Part shown: positions 20,880 to 29,948 of the stretch, in pieces
Layout: each line of letters starts with the position of its first letter
How positions within the stretch are numbered: position 1 is the stretch's first letter
Assembly: GCA_016219065.1 (NCBI GenBank)
Contig: JACRCK010000092.1
Location: 1-58,878, forward strand
DNA length: 58,878 nucleotides
Source of the DNA: Deltaproteobacteria bacterium
GTDB taxonomy: Bacteria; Desulfobacterota; RBG-13-43-22
Reading direction: 5' to 3'
Translations under genes and position numbers: made by a program
The notes under the pieces: generated by a model
Seen by the model: the letters and a program-made list of their open reading frames with translations, nothing else
Told to the model about the DNA's origin: nothing
Database searches by the model: none

Positions 20880-21995
20880 ATGCCGGATGACCCGTATCAC
20901 CGCTTACGTTCCTATCTGGATCAATTGCCGCTGGGTTTCCCGGAAACACCTTCCGGGCTGGAAATAAAAATCCTTAAAAAAATGTTTTCCGAGGAAGAGG
21001 CCGAGGCCGCCCTATGGGTCACCCCCTTTCCGGAAGAGGCCCGGCAGATTGCCGAACGGACCGGCGTCGCCCTGGATGGGCTGGAAGCCCGCCTAGAAGC
21101 CATGTCGAGAAAGGGGCTGCTCTTCCGGTTCCGCCGCCGGGGGCAGACCCTCTTTCAGACCGCCCCCTTCATGATCGGCCTCTATGAATATTCCGTCCAA
21201 CGTATGGACCGGGAACTGGCGGATCTCTGCCGCAGGTATTACGAGGAAGCCTATCAGGAGGAGCTGGGGGCCAGCAATGTGCCGGGCTTCAAGGTCATCC
21301 CTATCGACCAGAGGGTCCCGGCCGACCTCGTGCTTTTTCCTCACGTAAAGGTGGCCGAGGAAATTCGGGCCGCCCGGAAAATCGCGGTGGCCGAGTGCGT
21401 CTGCCGGAAAGAAGCGACCCTCACCGGTCACAACTGCGGCTCCCCCCGGGAGACCTGCCTGAGCTTCGGGGTGGCGGCCGAATATTACATCGAAAACAAG
21501 ATCGGCCGGGAAATCGACGCCGAGGAGGCCCTGGCCATCCTGGAGCAGGCCGACCGGGCCGGACTGGTCCACGCCGGGGCCAATACCCGGCACCTATCCA
21601 ATATCTGTAACTGCTGCCCCTGCTGCTGCGCCTCCCTGAAGGGGATCGTCTCCAAAGGGCACGACAAGCGGAAGTACCTGAACGCCCTCTACGAAGCCGT
21701 GGTGGACCCGGAGGCCTGCCTGGTCTGTGAAGCCTGCAGCGAACGCTGCCCGGTCCAGGCCATTATCGTGGAGGAAATCGCCCGGGTGGATCGGGACCGC
21801 TGCCTCGGCTGCGGCTTGTGCGCCGGCGTCTGCCCCAGTGACGCCCTTATGCTGAAGCTTCGGGAAGACCGGCAGGAGCCGTTCAGGAATATTCTGGAAA
21901 TGGGCCTGGCCATTCTCGAGGGAAAAAGGCGATGGAACAGGTCACCGGCGTTTGGGCGCGCAGCTCGAATCCGAAACTTCCGATCAAAAGAATGA
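20880..21995 (+). CDS. 4Fe-4S dicluster domain protein
   Basis: 371 aa with CNCCPCCC, CLVCEACSERCP and CLGCGLCAGVCP ferredoxin motifs in the C-terminal half. Confidence 0.8.
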   Translation: MPDDPYHRLRSYLDQLPLGFPETPSGLEIKILKKMFSEEEAEAALWVTPFPEEARQIAERTGVALDGLEARLEAMSRKGLLFRFRRRGQTLFQTAPFMIGLYEYSVQRMDRELADLCRRYYEEAYQEELGASNVPGFKVIPIDQRVPADLVLFPHVKVAEEIRAARKIAVAECVCRKEATLTGHNCGSPRETCLSFGVAAEYYIENKIGREIDAEEALAILEQADRAGLVHAGANTRHLSNICNCCPCCCASLKGIVSKGHDKRKYLNALYEAVVDPEACLVCEACSERCPVQAIIVEEIARVDRDRCLGCGLCAGVCPSDALMLKLREDRQEPFRNILEMGLAILEGKRRWNRSPAFGRAARIRNFRSKE

Positions 21996-22110
21996 TGCCG
22001 GGCTGAAGGGTCGCCGCTTTCAAAAGATGGCCTTCGGTAAAACCCGGGGAACGGAAACAGGGCTTCCACCCCTCCAGGAGAAGAAGTGAAGCGAAGTAAG
22101 GAGCTGCGCC

Positions 22111-22371
22111 TTGGAAACGATTACCATCACTGTAGGCAGCTTCCGCCTGAACTTTGATAGTGCCTGGAAAATTTTCTGGGCCGTCGCTAAAAGCTATAAT
22201 CCGCACACCTCCCGGATGGCCTGGTTCGATAGGAAACAAGGCCGACATTCCCCGTCACCAAAGGAATGCGACGCCGCCGGGCTTCCCGGATGGGAAGAAT
22301 ACGGACGGATTTATGGGGGCCGGAGAAAGGTGGTGGTGGGAGAGGAAGATTATGTTTTTATTTATACCTAA
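22111..22371 (+). CDS. Small hypothetical protein (possibly AF1514/DUF5619-like)
   Basis: 86 aa with a TTG start 7 nt after TAAGGAG. Contains WFDRKQGRHSPSPKECD..LPGWEEYG...YVFIY. Family assignment is from memory only. Confidence 0.5.
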   Translation: METITITVGSFRLNFDSAWKIFWAVAKSYNPHTSRMAWFDRKQGRHSPSPKECDAAGLPGWEEYGRIYGGRRKVVVGEEDYVFIYT

Positions 22372-22426
22372 AGATGATTAAGCAACCTGACTCCCTGGAC
22401 TAAAAGGTCCTGACGAACCGCAATCA

Positions 22427-23347
22427 TCAGTCGCACTTCTGTTCTTCTTTACAGACTCCTTCGTCGGTGAAAGGATTAATTAGTGGGGTCGGCGCGCCCA
22501 ATGAAGAAAGAGGCAACCCCGATCCAGAATCTGCAGCTGTTACGTTTGATCCCTTTTTTGAGACTGGAGCGCCCAATACGGCAGGCGTTGCCCCTGATGC
22601 TTGACAAGAGGCAAGATAGCGGAGAATAGCCTCCTTTCCGGTTATAATGAGCTTTTCGGACCGCCCGTTCACGAAGAGCGTGGGCACGCTGTTAACGCCC
22701 ATGTTCCTGAGTGTCGCCGTATATTCCTTGCTGAGCACCGGAGTGATGTCGAGCTTGTTCTTATCGATCTCTTCCTTGATCTCCAAGCAGTGCTTGCATT
22801 CGGTACTGTAGAACAGCATCATTTTTTTATCGACTGGCAGAGCCTGTCCTCGCGGCGGAAGGACGAACCCAACACAACCCAGAACCACTGCGAAGGCGGC
22901 GAATCCCGCCGCCACCTCTTTCCATCCCGCAAACAGCCGCAAGAGGCCAAGAGAAACAAAGATACCGAATACGCTTAAGCAGAGTAAGCATACTTCTGAA
23001 AGCCAAAATATTTGGTAGCCAACGAAAAATCCCTCTGCTGCCAGAGCCGCAATGAGGGCGAGGTTGATCGCGAAGTCGAGCAGCCCACTCCGCCTCCTCC
23101 AGTTCAAACCGGACAATAAGGCCAGGAAGGCTAGCGCAATAGAACCTATGAGAATCATTGAGAGATCGCCGAAACGGGCAAGCTGGGTCACGAGCCCGCA
23201 CCCTCCAGCGACACAAATGCTCCTTCCTGACACCTGAAGCCCTGCTTCCACCAACAAATAAAGTGCGCCCAGGACGCTCACGATAAAAAAATATGTCGTA
23301 CTAAATTGCTTTCCCTTCATGCTGTTTTTCTTCTTTGAATTCATCAA
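22427..23347 (-). CDS. VKOR-like membrane oxidoreductase fused to a thioredoxin-fold domain
   Basis: 306 aa with five hydrophobic segments, a loop Cys pair (CVAGGC), CLLC at a TM start, and a Trx-like C-terminal domain with CKHC (MMLFYSTECKHCLEIK...VPTLFVNG). Lower G+C than the flanks. Confidence 0.7.
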   Translation of the reverse strand: MMNSKKKNSMKGKQFSTTYFFIVSVLGALYLLVEAGLQVSGRSICVAGGCGLVTQLARFGDLSMILIGSIALAFLALLSGLNWRRRSGLLDFAINLALIAALAAEGFFVGYQIFWLSEVCLLCLSVFGIFVSLGLLRLFAGWKEVAAGFAAFAVVLGCVGFVLPPRGQALPVDKKMMLFYSTECKHCLEIKEEIDKNKLDITPVLSKEYTATLRNMGVNSVPTLFVNGRSEKLIITGKEAILRYLASCQASGATPAVLGAPVSKKGSNVTAADSGSGLPLSSLGAPTPLINPFTDEGVCKEEQKCD

Positions 23348-23862
23348 TGTCGATCAGCACCTCGTGAGTTCGCCTTAATTCTACCAGCCAACGAAAAATT
23401 CGTCCTTGCCTTTAAAATACTCTTAGCGGGCTCCATCGAATAATAAAAATCCCCGGGCCCTCCCTCCCGATGGGGGAAGAATTCTAAGTGTTTGATAAAA
23501 AGTCATTTTTTATCAAACAAAGTATAAGGAAAGGAGAAAATGGGATCAAGAAGAAAAATTACGGGAATGGCGAGAGAGCCAATCCCATCGATAATCGCTA
23601 ACTTCCTGGGCGGTCTTCGTCAAATATTTGCAAGTAACCTCATTAAAATGGGTTGGAGGAGCAATTACCCCGGAGGCTAAACGGCTCCTTCCTGAAATAC
23701 TGTTTATCGTCTTTGACCCAAAAGGCCAAAGTTCTAACAAAAAAATCGCCTAACAAGACTTGGATGGAGTCAAGCTTCCCCAGGAATTCGCCACAGGCGG
23801 AATTCGCCTTTACTCCTCGATACACTCTGCAAAAGATACTTTTCACAACCTCACTTTCTTTC

Positions 23863-23891
23863 TTGACATAAACAAATATTCAGCTTAATTT
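23863..23891 (+). promoter_or_regulatory. Sigma70-like promoter upstream of the secreted cupin gene
   Basis: TTGACA (23863-23868), 17 nt spacer, TAATTT (23886-23891). Confidence 0.4.
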
Positions 23892-23897
23892 GAATTA

Positions 23898-23914
23898 GTA
23901 CCACATTGTGGTAC
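23898..23914. promoter_or_regulatory. 17-bp perfect palindrome (candidate operator) just downstream of the -10 element
   Basis: GTACCACA-T-TGTGGTAC. Confidence 0.4.
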
Positions 23915-23996
23915 ATTCCGATAACAGCAAACCCACCATTTAGAGTTTTGTTCACTGCCACTTGAATTAGACAAGCCAAAGAAAGGAAAATTAATC

Positions 23997-24371
23997 ATGA
24001 AACACTTAACCTGGTTTATTATGAGTATTTTGTTAGTCACTTTGGCATTGGGCCTGGCCACTAAAACGGCTATGGCGCAAGACCTGGCGATACTGATGCC
24101 GAACGATATCAAAGTGCTAGTTGACAATGATCGAGTCCGCGTGCTTGACGTCCTCCACAAACCCGGAGTAAAAGAGCCGATGCATTCCCATCCGGCTTAT
24201 GTGGCAGTTTTTTTGAGCGCAACGAGGCAGAAGGTCACCACACCTGATGGTAAAACCGTTGAGAGAGACCGTAAAGCTGGAGAGGTATCATGGAGCGGCC
24301 CGGTGACACACGCCCTGGAGAACATAGGAACCACTGATCAACATGTTATCGTGATCGAATTGGAAAAGTAG
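23997..24371 (+). CDS. Secreted cupin-fold protein
   Basis: 124 aa with signal peptide MKHLTWFIMSILLVTLALGLATKTAMAQ and a small beta-barrel with HSHPAYV and the ALENIG pattern. GAAAGGAAAA RBS. Confidence 0.7.
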   Translation: MKHLTWFIMSILLVTLALGLATKTAMAQDLAILMPNDIKVLVDNDRVRVLDVLHKPGVKEPMHSHPAYVAVFLSATRQKVTTPDGKTVERDRKAGEVSWSGPVTHALENIGTTDQHVIVIELEK

Positions 24372-24732
24372 GTAAATGAAAAGGTACTCGAACAAACTGA
24401 AATGGAACTTGGCGAAGAAGCGCCTGTTGAAAAATACCTTCACCCTCACCCTATTCATGACGGTAAGATTGCATGGTCTCTGGGGAGACTTGTAGGCGGA
24501 GTCCGGTTAGCCTCTTTGTTGATGGGGAAAAAAGCAGAGGGATTGGGCAAAAGGACCCGTCATCCCTGTAGGCCTTACAAAAACCAACTATAGTGGATGA
24601 TTGTCCCCGCCCAGAGCCTTTCCAGAAAGGTCTTCCAAGGCAACAAGCGGACCTCATCCGCTTTGTTGGTTACTGAGGGATAAAAGGGGCCGATGCTCCC
24701 GGGTGAAAGCATATAAAAATCAAATAAAAAAA

Positions 24733-25578
24733 TCAGGGGAGCCCCGCCCCGGGAACCTCGACCTCCACGGTCTCGATCCGCCCGCCGATCCCTCTCCGGC
24801 CCCGACCGGGGACGGACGATTCCGCCGTGCAGACGAAGAGCGTCCGCCGCTCCGGGCTGCCGAGCATGCAGGCGTAAGGCCTGGTGGACACCTGCACCCG
24901 GTGGGTGATCGTCCCTCCCGCCGCTACGCGCAGCACCTGGCCCGGCTCCGGGGCGGCCACCCAGACGGCCCCCTCGGCATCCAGGCAGATGCCGTCCGGA
25001 AAGACCCCCTCCAGATCGGCCCAGACCCTCCGGTCGGCCAAGCTGCCGTCGGGTTGAACGGCAAAGGCGGTCAGCCGGTGGCCGAAGGTTTCGGCCACGA
25101 TCAGGGTTCCGCCGTCGGGCGTGATGACCGTCCCGTTCGGGAACAGCAGCCCGTCGCTCACTACCCGGGCCCGACCATCCGGGAAGACCAGGATGATTTC
25201 CGCCGGGGAAGCGGGCTCCCCGGCGGCAAAGTCGAACCCGAAGTTGCCGATATAAGCCCGTCCCTGCCGGTCGACCACCATGTCATTGCAGTGAAAAGAA
25301 GCCAGCCGGCTCAGATCGGCCGCCTCCGCCAGCCCCTCCGGATCGAGCCGGAGCAGACGGCGGTCGATCATGGAGACCACCAGCAGCCGGCCGTCCGGAA
25401 GCCAGCCCAGACCGGAGGGCGATCCCGGAACCTCGACTATTTTTTCCGTCTTCCCCTGAAGATCGACGGTCGTCACCCAGCGGCTCTGCATATCGGACAC
25501 CCAGAGCTTCCCTTCCTGCCAGCGCGGGCCCTCCGGGAAGAGAAACCCTTCGGCCAGGACGGACGTTTTTAAGATCAT
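24733..25578 (-). CDS. SMP-30/gluconolactonase/LRE family protein
   Basis: 281 aa with EGPRW, beta-propeller repeats, and PDGICLDAEG. Confidence 0.85.
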   Translation of the reverse strand: MILKTSVLAEGFLFPEGPRWQEGKLWVSDMQSRWVTTVDLQGKTEKIVEVPGSPSGLGWLPDGRLLVVSMIDRRLLRLDPEGLAEAADLSRLASFHCNDMVVDRQGRAYIGNFGFDFAAGEPASPAEIILVFPDGRARVVSDGLLFPNGTVITPDGGTLIVAETFGHRLTAFAVQPDGSLADRRVWADLEGVFPDGICLDAEGAVWVAAPEPGQVLRVAAGGTITHRVQVSTRPYACMLGSPERRTLFVCTAESSVPGRGRRGIGGRIETVEVEVPGAGLP

Positions 25579-25681
25579 GGCCCTTGCCCCTTAATCAATT
25601 TTAATCCCTGTTGAAATGAATGCCTGATTGTAAAAGGACTTCGTGTATAATATCCAGATAAAAAACTCTGGAGGATAAACA

Positions 25682-26260
25682 ATGAAAGTTTTGGGTATCA
25701 TGGGCAGTCCCCGCATCGGGGGCAACAGCGACCTGCTGCTGGACCAGGCCCTGGCCGGGGCTCGAGAGGCCGGGGCGGAGGTGGAAAAAATTCTCCTGGT
25801 CCGGAAGAAAATTTCCGGGTGCCTGGACTGCAAGGAGTGCAACATCGGCGGAAGCTGCGCCATCCGGGACGACATGCCGGAAATCCAGCAAAAGATCCTC
25901 GAGGCGGACGCCGTCATTCACAGCGGTCCCGTATATTTCTGGGCCATGACTGCGCAACTGAAGGCCTATCTCGACCGCTGGTGCGCCTTTTTCGATGCCG
26001 ATTGGAACTGGCACCGGGAGGTCTACCCCCGGATGAAAGGAAAACGGATCGGATTGATCACGGTCTGCGCAGACCCGAACGTCCACACGGCGGACCCGAT
26101 CGTGCACAGCTTTAAAACCACCGCCGATTTCACCAAGCTGCGCTGGATCGGGACGGTTATGGCCTCGGCCACGGGAAAAGGGGAGATCGCCGGTAACCCG
26201 GCAGCCGGGCAGGAGGCCTTTGAACTGGGGCGGAAGGCGGCAATGCTTGAACAAGCCTAG
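25682..26260 (+). CDS. Iron-sulfur flavoprotein-like NADPH-dependent FMN reductase/flavodoxin family protein
   Basis: 192 aa with MKVLGIMGSPRIGGNS and the compact Cys cluster C-x2-C-x2-C-x5-C (GCLDCKECNIGGSC). Confidence 0.85.
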   Translation: MKVLGIMGSPRIGGNSDLLLDQALAGAREAGAEVEKILLVRKKISGCLDCKECNIGGSCAIRDDMPEIQQKILEADAVIHSGPVYFWAMTAQLKAYLDRWCAFFDADWNWHREVYPRMKGKRIGLITVCADPNVHTADPIVHSFKTTADFTKLRWIGTVMASATGKGEIAGNPAAGQEAFELGRKAAMLEQA

Positions 26261-26265
26261 CCTGA

Positions 26266-26310
26266 AAACCGAACGTCCAACATCGAACATTGAACATCGA
26301 ACATCCAATT
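26266..26310 (-). repeat. Family A heptamer array, copy A5 (inverted)
   Basis: AAACCGAACGTCCAACATCGAACATTGAACATCGAACATCCAATT, starting 6 nt after the flavoprotein stop. Confidence 0.85.
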
Positions 26311-26350
26311 TCGGAATAAGGGATATTTTATTAACAGAATTCTAGCGATT

Positions 26351-27085
26351 TTGTCGGGCGGTCTGATCGTCCTCGGTCTGGCGGCAGTACTGTCCGCGCA
26401 ACCGGCGGCCGGTCCGGAAGGGCTGGACGGCCGGGTCTCCCGTTTTCTGGAGGAGGCCCGGTCTTCCTGGTCGGCCTGGAATGTCCCTTATGAAGACGGG
26501 AAGATCCTCTATGACCTGGTGCTCCGGAACCGTTTCCGAACCATTCTCGAAATCGGCACTTCCACCGGCCATTCCACCATCTGGCTGGCCTGGGCCGCCT
26601 CCAACACCGGCGGGAAGGTGACGACCGTCGAAATCGACCGGGGGCGCTACGAAAAAGCCCTGGTCAACTTCCGGAAGGCCGGGGTGGCGGCCTATATCGA
26701 GGCCCGCCTGGGCGACGCCCACGAACTGGTGCCGCTCCTCCCGGGCCCTTTTGATTTCATCTTTTGTGACGCCGACAAGGATTGGTACGGAAGATATTTC
26801 CAGGACCTGAAAGACAAGCTGGCTCCCGGCGGCTGTTTTGCGGCCCACAACGTCCTATGGGCCGGCGATCCCCATGTCCGGAATTTCCTGGAGCAGGTGC
26901 GGCGGGCCCCCGGATTTCGAACGACCATCGAAAGGGGGAGCGGGGAAGGGATTTCGGTAAGCTGCAAGGAAACCAGAGGTCAGAAGACAGAGATCAGAGA
27001 ACAGAATAGAACTAAAAGCGGTTATTCGGGCGATTCAATTTTAATCTTTAACCCTGACCTCTGTCTTCCGACCTCCGACCTCTGA
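26351..27085 (+). CDS. Class I SAM-dependent O-methyltransferase (family 3, COMT-like)
   Basis: TTG start with a hydrophobic N-terminus. Contains ILEIGTSTGHSTIWLA and FDFIFCDADKDWY. The last ~35 codons are encoded by repeat E1, so the C-terminal tail is probably adventitious. Confidence 0.8.
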   Translation: MSGGLIVLGLAAVLSAQPAAGPEGLDGRVSRFLEEARSSWSAWNVPYEDGKILYDLVLRNRFRTILEIGTSTGHSTIWLAWAASNTGGKVTTVEIDRGRYEKALVNFRKAGVAAYIEARLGDAHELVPLLPGPFDFIFCDADKDWYGRYFQDLKDKLAPGGCFAAHNVLWAGDPHVRNFLEQVRRAPGFRTTIERGSGEGISVSCKETRGQKTEIREQNRTKSGYSGDSILIFNPDLCLPTSDL

Positions 27086-27136
27086 CCTCCGATCTCTGTC
27101 CTCTGATCTCTGTCTTCCGTCCTCCGTCCTCTGTCT
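26973..27136. repeat. Family E palindromic array of TCTGTCC/TCTGATC/TCCGACC units
   Basis: Left arm CCAGAGGTCAGAAGACAGAGATCAGAGAACAGAATAGAAC, and right arm CTGACCTCTGTCTTCCGACCTCCGACCTCTGACCTCCGATCTCTGTCCTCTGATCTCTGTCTTCCGTCCTCCGTCCTCTGTC. Confidence 0.85.
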
Positions 27137-28393
27137 TTACTTCTTCCCTTCCTTCAGTCTCTTTTCATAATTCGTCCGGACCGCCTGCAACTCATCCGGG
27201 GTGCGGCAGATCTGCTCGGCCTGGATGGACTGCAAATTTTTTAATACCGCGAAGCCGTATTTTTCGCTGAAGGCGGTTTCACCCCAGACCACATCCTCGA
27301 CCACTGCGTGGTCCGCCGCCCGCATGATCTTCCAGCCTTCCGGAGTCTCCCAGGCCAGGGGTTCGCGCTCGACGGCCGCGATGACCTTTTCGTTGTCCGT
27401 GGTCCGGGCCCGTTCCACTGCCGCCTTGAGGAAATATACCCCGGCATAGGTTTCCTGGGCCATGTAATCGGGGTATTCCTTGAACCGCTCGGTATAGGTT
27501 TTGACGAAATTCCGGTTCAGCGGGGTATCGGGGGTGGTAAAGAAATAGCGGGAGGCTACGTAGACCCCGTCGGGCATGCTCTTCCCCAGGGGGATCAGGG
27601 TTTCCAGGGCCGCCCCGTCGGTAAAGGCGAATTTGACGGTCTTGAAGATGCCGGTGGGCAGGGCCTGTTTGACAAAGTTGACGGCGTCGTTGCCCCAGAT
27701 AGAGGCCCAGACCGCATCCGGCTTGGCCGCGATGATCTTCTGGATGAAGGGCGTGAAATCTTTTTCCAGCAGCTTGGGCCATAATTCCCCGACCACTTCC
27801 ACCTCGGGCTTCAATTCTTTCAATTTCCCGACAAAGGAATTCCAGGATTCCTTGCCGTAGCTGTAGTCGGGGCCGATGTTCATCCACCGTTTGTAGGGTT
27901 TTTCGGCCAGGAAATAAGCGCCGGCCCGGGAATGCATCATGGCGTTGCTCAGGGTGCTGAACAGGTAGGGGTTGAATTGGGCGTCGGTCAGCGAATTGGC
28001 GGCCGACTGGGTTAGCACCAGGATCTTCTTCTGGTCCCTGACCAGTTCGGCCAGGGCCGCAGCCACACCGCTGGAGGTTGGGCCGATGATAAAATCCACC
28101 CGATCTTCGTTGATGAACTTTTTAACAATTCGAATCCCCTCGTCCGCCTTCAGTTTGTCGTCCTCGAAGAGGGCCTCCACTTTCCGCCCCAGCAAACCTC
28201 CCTGGGCGTTGATTTCATCCAGCGCCAGCTCCACGGCCTGTCGGCCGTGTTTCCCATAGCCGCCCATGGGCCCGGACATGATGAACACCACGCCGATTTT
28301 GATCGGCTTCTCCGCGGCCTGGATCGGCCCGGACAGCCATATAATCAGCAGACCCCAAAAAGCCAGCCCCATTACACCGATACGTTTTGCCAT
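27137..28393 (-). CDS. ABC transporter substrate-binding protein (LivK/branched-chain amino acid type)
   Basis: 418 aa with a signal peptide, then KIGVVFIMSGPMGGYGKHGRQAVELALDEINAQGGLLGRKVE. Confidence 0.9.
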   Translation of the reverse strand: MAKRIGVMGLAFWGLLIIWLSGPIQAAEKPIKIGVVFIMSGPMGGYGKHGRQAVELALDEINAQGGLLGRKVEALFEDDKLKADEGIRIVKKFINEDRVDFIIGPTSSGVAAALAELVRDQKKILVLTQSAANSLTDAQFNPYLFSTLSNAMMHSRAGAYFLAEKPYKRWMNIGPDYSYGKESWNSFVGKLKELKPEVEVVGELWPKLLEKDFTPFIQKIIAAKPDAVWASIWGNDAVNFVKQALPTGIFKTVKFAFTDGAALETLIPLGKSMPDGVYVASRYFFTTPDTPLNRNFVKTYTERFKEYPDYMAQETYAGVYFLKAAVERARTTDNEKVIAAVEREPLAWETPEGWKIMRAADHAVVEDVVWGETAFSEKYGFAVLKNLQSIQAEQICRTPDELQAVRTNYEKRLKEGKK

Positions 28394-28447
28394 CCCGAAT
28401 CCTCCTTTTTTTGGTTGATGGATTTTATCATTAGAAAAACTGAAACG

Positions 28448-29827
28448 TTATCCATTTTTTTTCAGCCCTGCTCCGCCCGGGGGAAGGTTGGGAGGTGGCG
28501 CACCCGCCGGAGTCGCAGCAGGGGGTTTCGCCGGAAGTTTCCCTTCCGGAGGCCGGGCGAAGAAAACGGCCACCATGGCCAGGAGGCTGGCCCCGGCGAA
28601 GATGGTAAAGGCGATCCGGTAGTCTTTGGCTGCATCGAAGATCAGGCCGGCGATCACGGGGCCGAAGGCCGCCCCGGTCAGGGAGAACATTCCGGACAAG
28701 CCCGAAATCGTCCCGAAAGAGACCATTCCGAAACACTCCCCGATCAACAGCGACTGCATCATGACGATTCCGCCCATGGTCAGCCCGAAGGCCAGGGTCC
28801 CCAGGTAGAGAACGGTCACCTGCCGGTAGTAGCCCATGAGCAGGACGGCCACACCCTGAACCAAGAAACAGAACATCGTCAGATACCGCTTGTCGGAACG
28901 GTCGGCAAGGGGTCCTAGAAAAAGGCGGCCGATGATGCTGGCCCCGGTGGTCAGGCTGACGGCCGCAGCCGCCCCGGAAGCCCCCAGGGTCTGACTGAGG
29001 AAGGAAACCTGGTGAACCAGAAAAGCGATCTGACCGCTCAAGGCCAGCAGAAAGGCGGCCACGATGGCCCAGAAGGCGGTGGTCCGCAAGGCTTCGGCCC
29101 GGGTCCAGACCCGGATCTGGGAGGCATAGGAGACGCGGGCCTCCCTCGTTTCCCGGGTTTCCAGGATGGAACGGTCGCCGTCGGGAAACTGTCCGACGTC
29201 CGAAGGCCGCGATTTTACGACCAGGACGGCAATCGGAATCACCACCACCCAAAACACCGCGCCCAGGATCGGCAGGGCCGTCTCCAGTCCCCAGTTGGAA
29301 CTCAAGTAAACGGAAAACGGCACCAGGATCATGCCGCCGAGGCTCAGTCCGGTCATGGTAATCCCCAGGGCGTACCCCCGGCGGCGGATAAACCAATTGG
29401 CGATCAGGGTGTTGACCGGGATCAAGGATGTGCCGCTCCAGCCGATCGACATGAGCAGGTAGACCGCAAAAAACTGCCAGAGCTGCGTCACCCGGCCCAG
29501 CAGGAAAAACCCGACCCCGATGGTGGTCGAACCCAGAATCAGAATAGGCCTGGGACCGTAGCGGTCGATCAGCCGGCCCGCCACCAGCCCCATGAGGCCG
29601 GCCACGGCGAAGTACATGGTGACGGCTGCGGAGATGGCCCCCTTGGACCAGCCGTAATGGGCCCGCAGCGGATCCAGTATCGCCCCATGCCCGTAAAACC
29701 CGATACCCGAGGAGACGAAGAGGATGGCCGTCCCTCCCAGGACGATCCGCCAGCCGTAAAAAGGTCTTCGGGGCGCAGGGGGCAGGGGGGAGTGGGCCCT
29801 GCTATTTGATAAAACGGGATTAGACAC
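28448..29827 (-). CDS. MFS transporter
   Basis: 459 aa with about 12 TM segments and GRLIDRYGPRP after TM2. Confidence 0.9.
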   Translation of the reverse strand: MSNPVLSNSRAHSPLPPAPRRPFYGWRIVLGGTAILFVSSGIGFYGHGAILDPLRAHYGWSKGAISAAVTMYFAVAGLMGLVAGRLIDRYGPRPILILGSTTIGVGFFLLGRVTQLWQFFAVYLLMSIGWSGTSLIPVNTLIANWFIRRRGYALGITMTGLSLGGMILVPFSVYLSSNWGLETALPILGAVFWVVVIPIAVLVVKSRPSDVGQFPDGDRSILETRETREARVSYASQIRVWTRAEALRTTAFWAIVAAFLLALSGQIAFLVHQVSFLSQTLGASGAAAAVSLTTGASIIGRLFLGPLADRSDKRYLTMFCFLVQGVAVLLMGYYRQVTVLYLGTLAFGLTMGGIVMMQSLLIGECFGMVSFGTISGLSGMFSLTGAAFGPVIAGLIFDAAKDYRIAFTIFAGASLLAMVAVFFARPPEGKLPAKPPAATPAGAPPPNLPPGGAGLKKNG

Positions 29828-29948
29828 GCAGACCTTTGATTTAAAGGCGGTTTTTATAGAAAGGCCGCCCCGGGTTGCTAAATTCCGATTAATTCATTAT
29901 CTTGTAAACATACAATAGAATTATCTCGGATTTCAACGGAGATTAAAA

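Noticed and set aside
23540-23680. 46-codon ORF with a strong RBS, considered for the feature list
   Set aside because: It is too short and has no recognisable family. It is mentioned under the low-GC islet finding rather than annotated.
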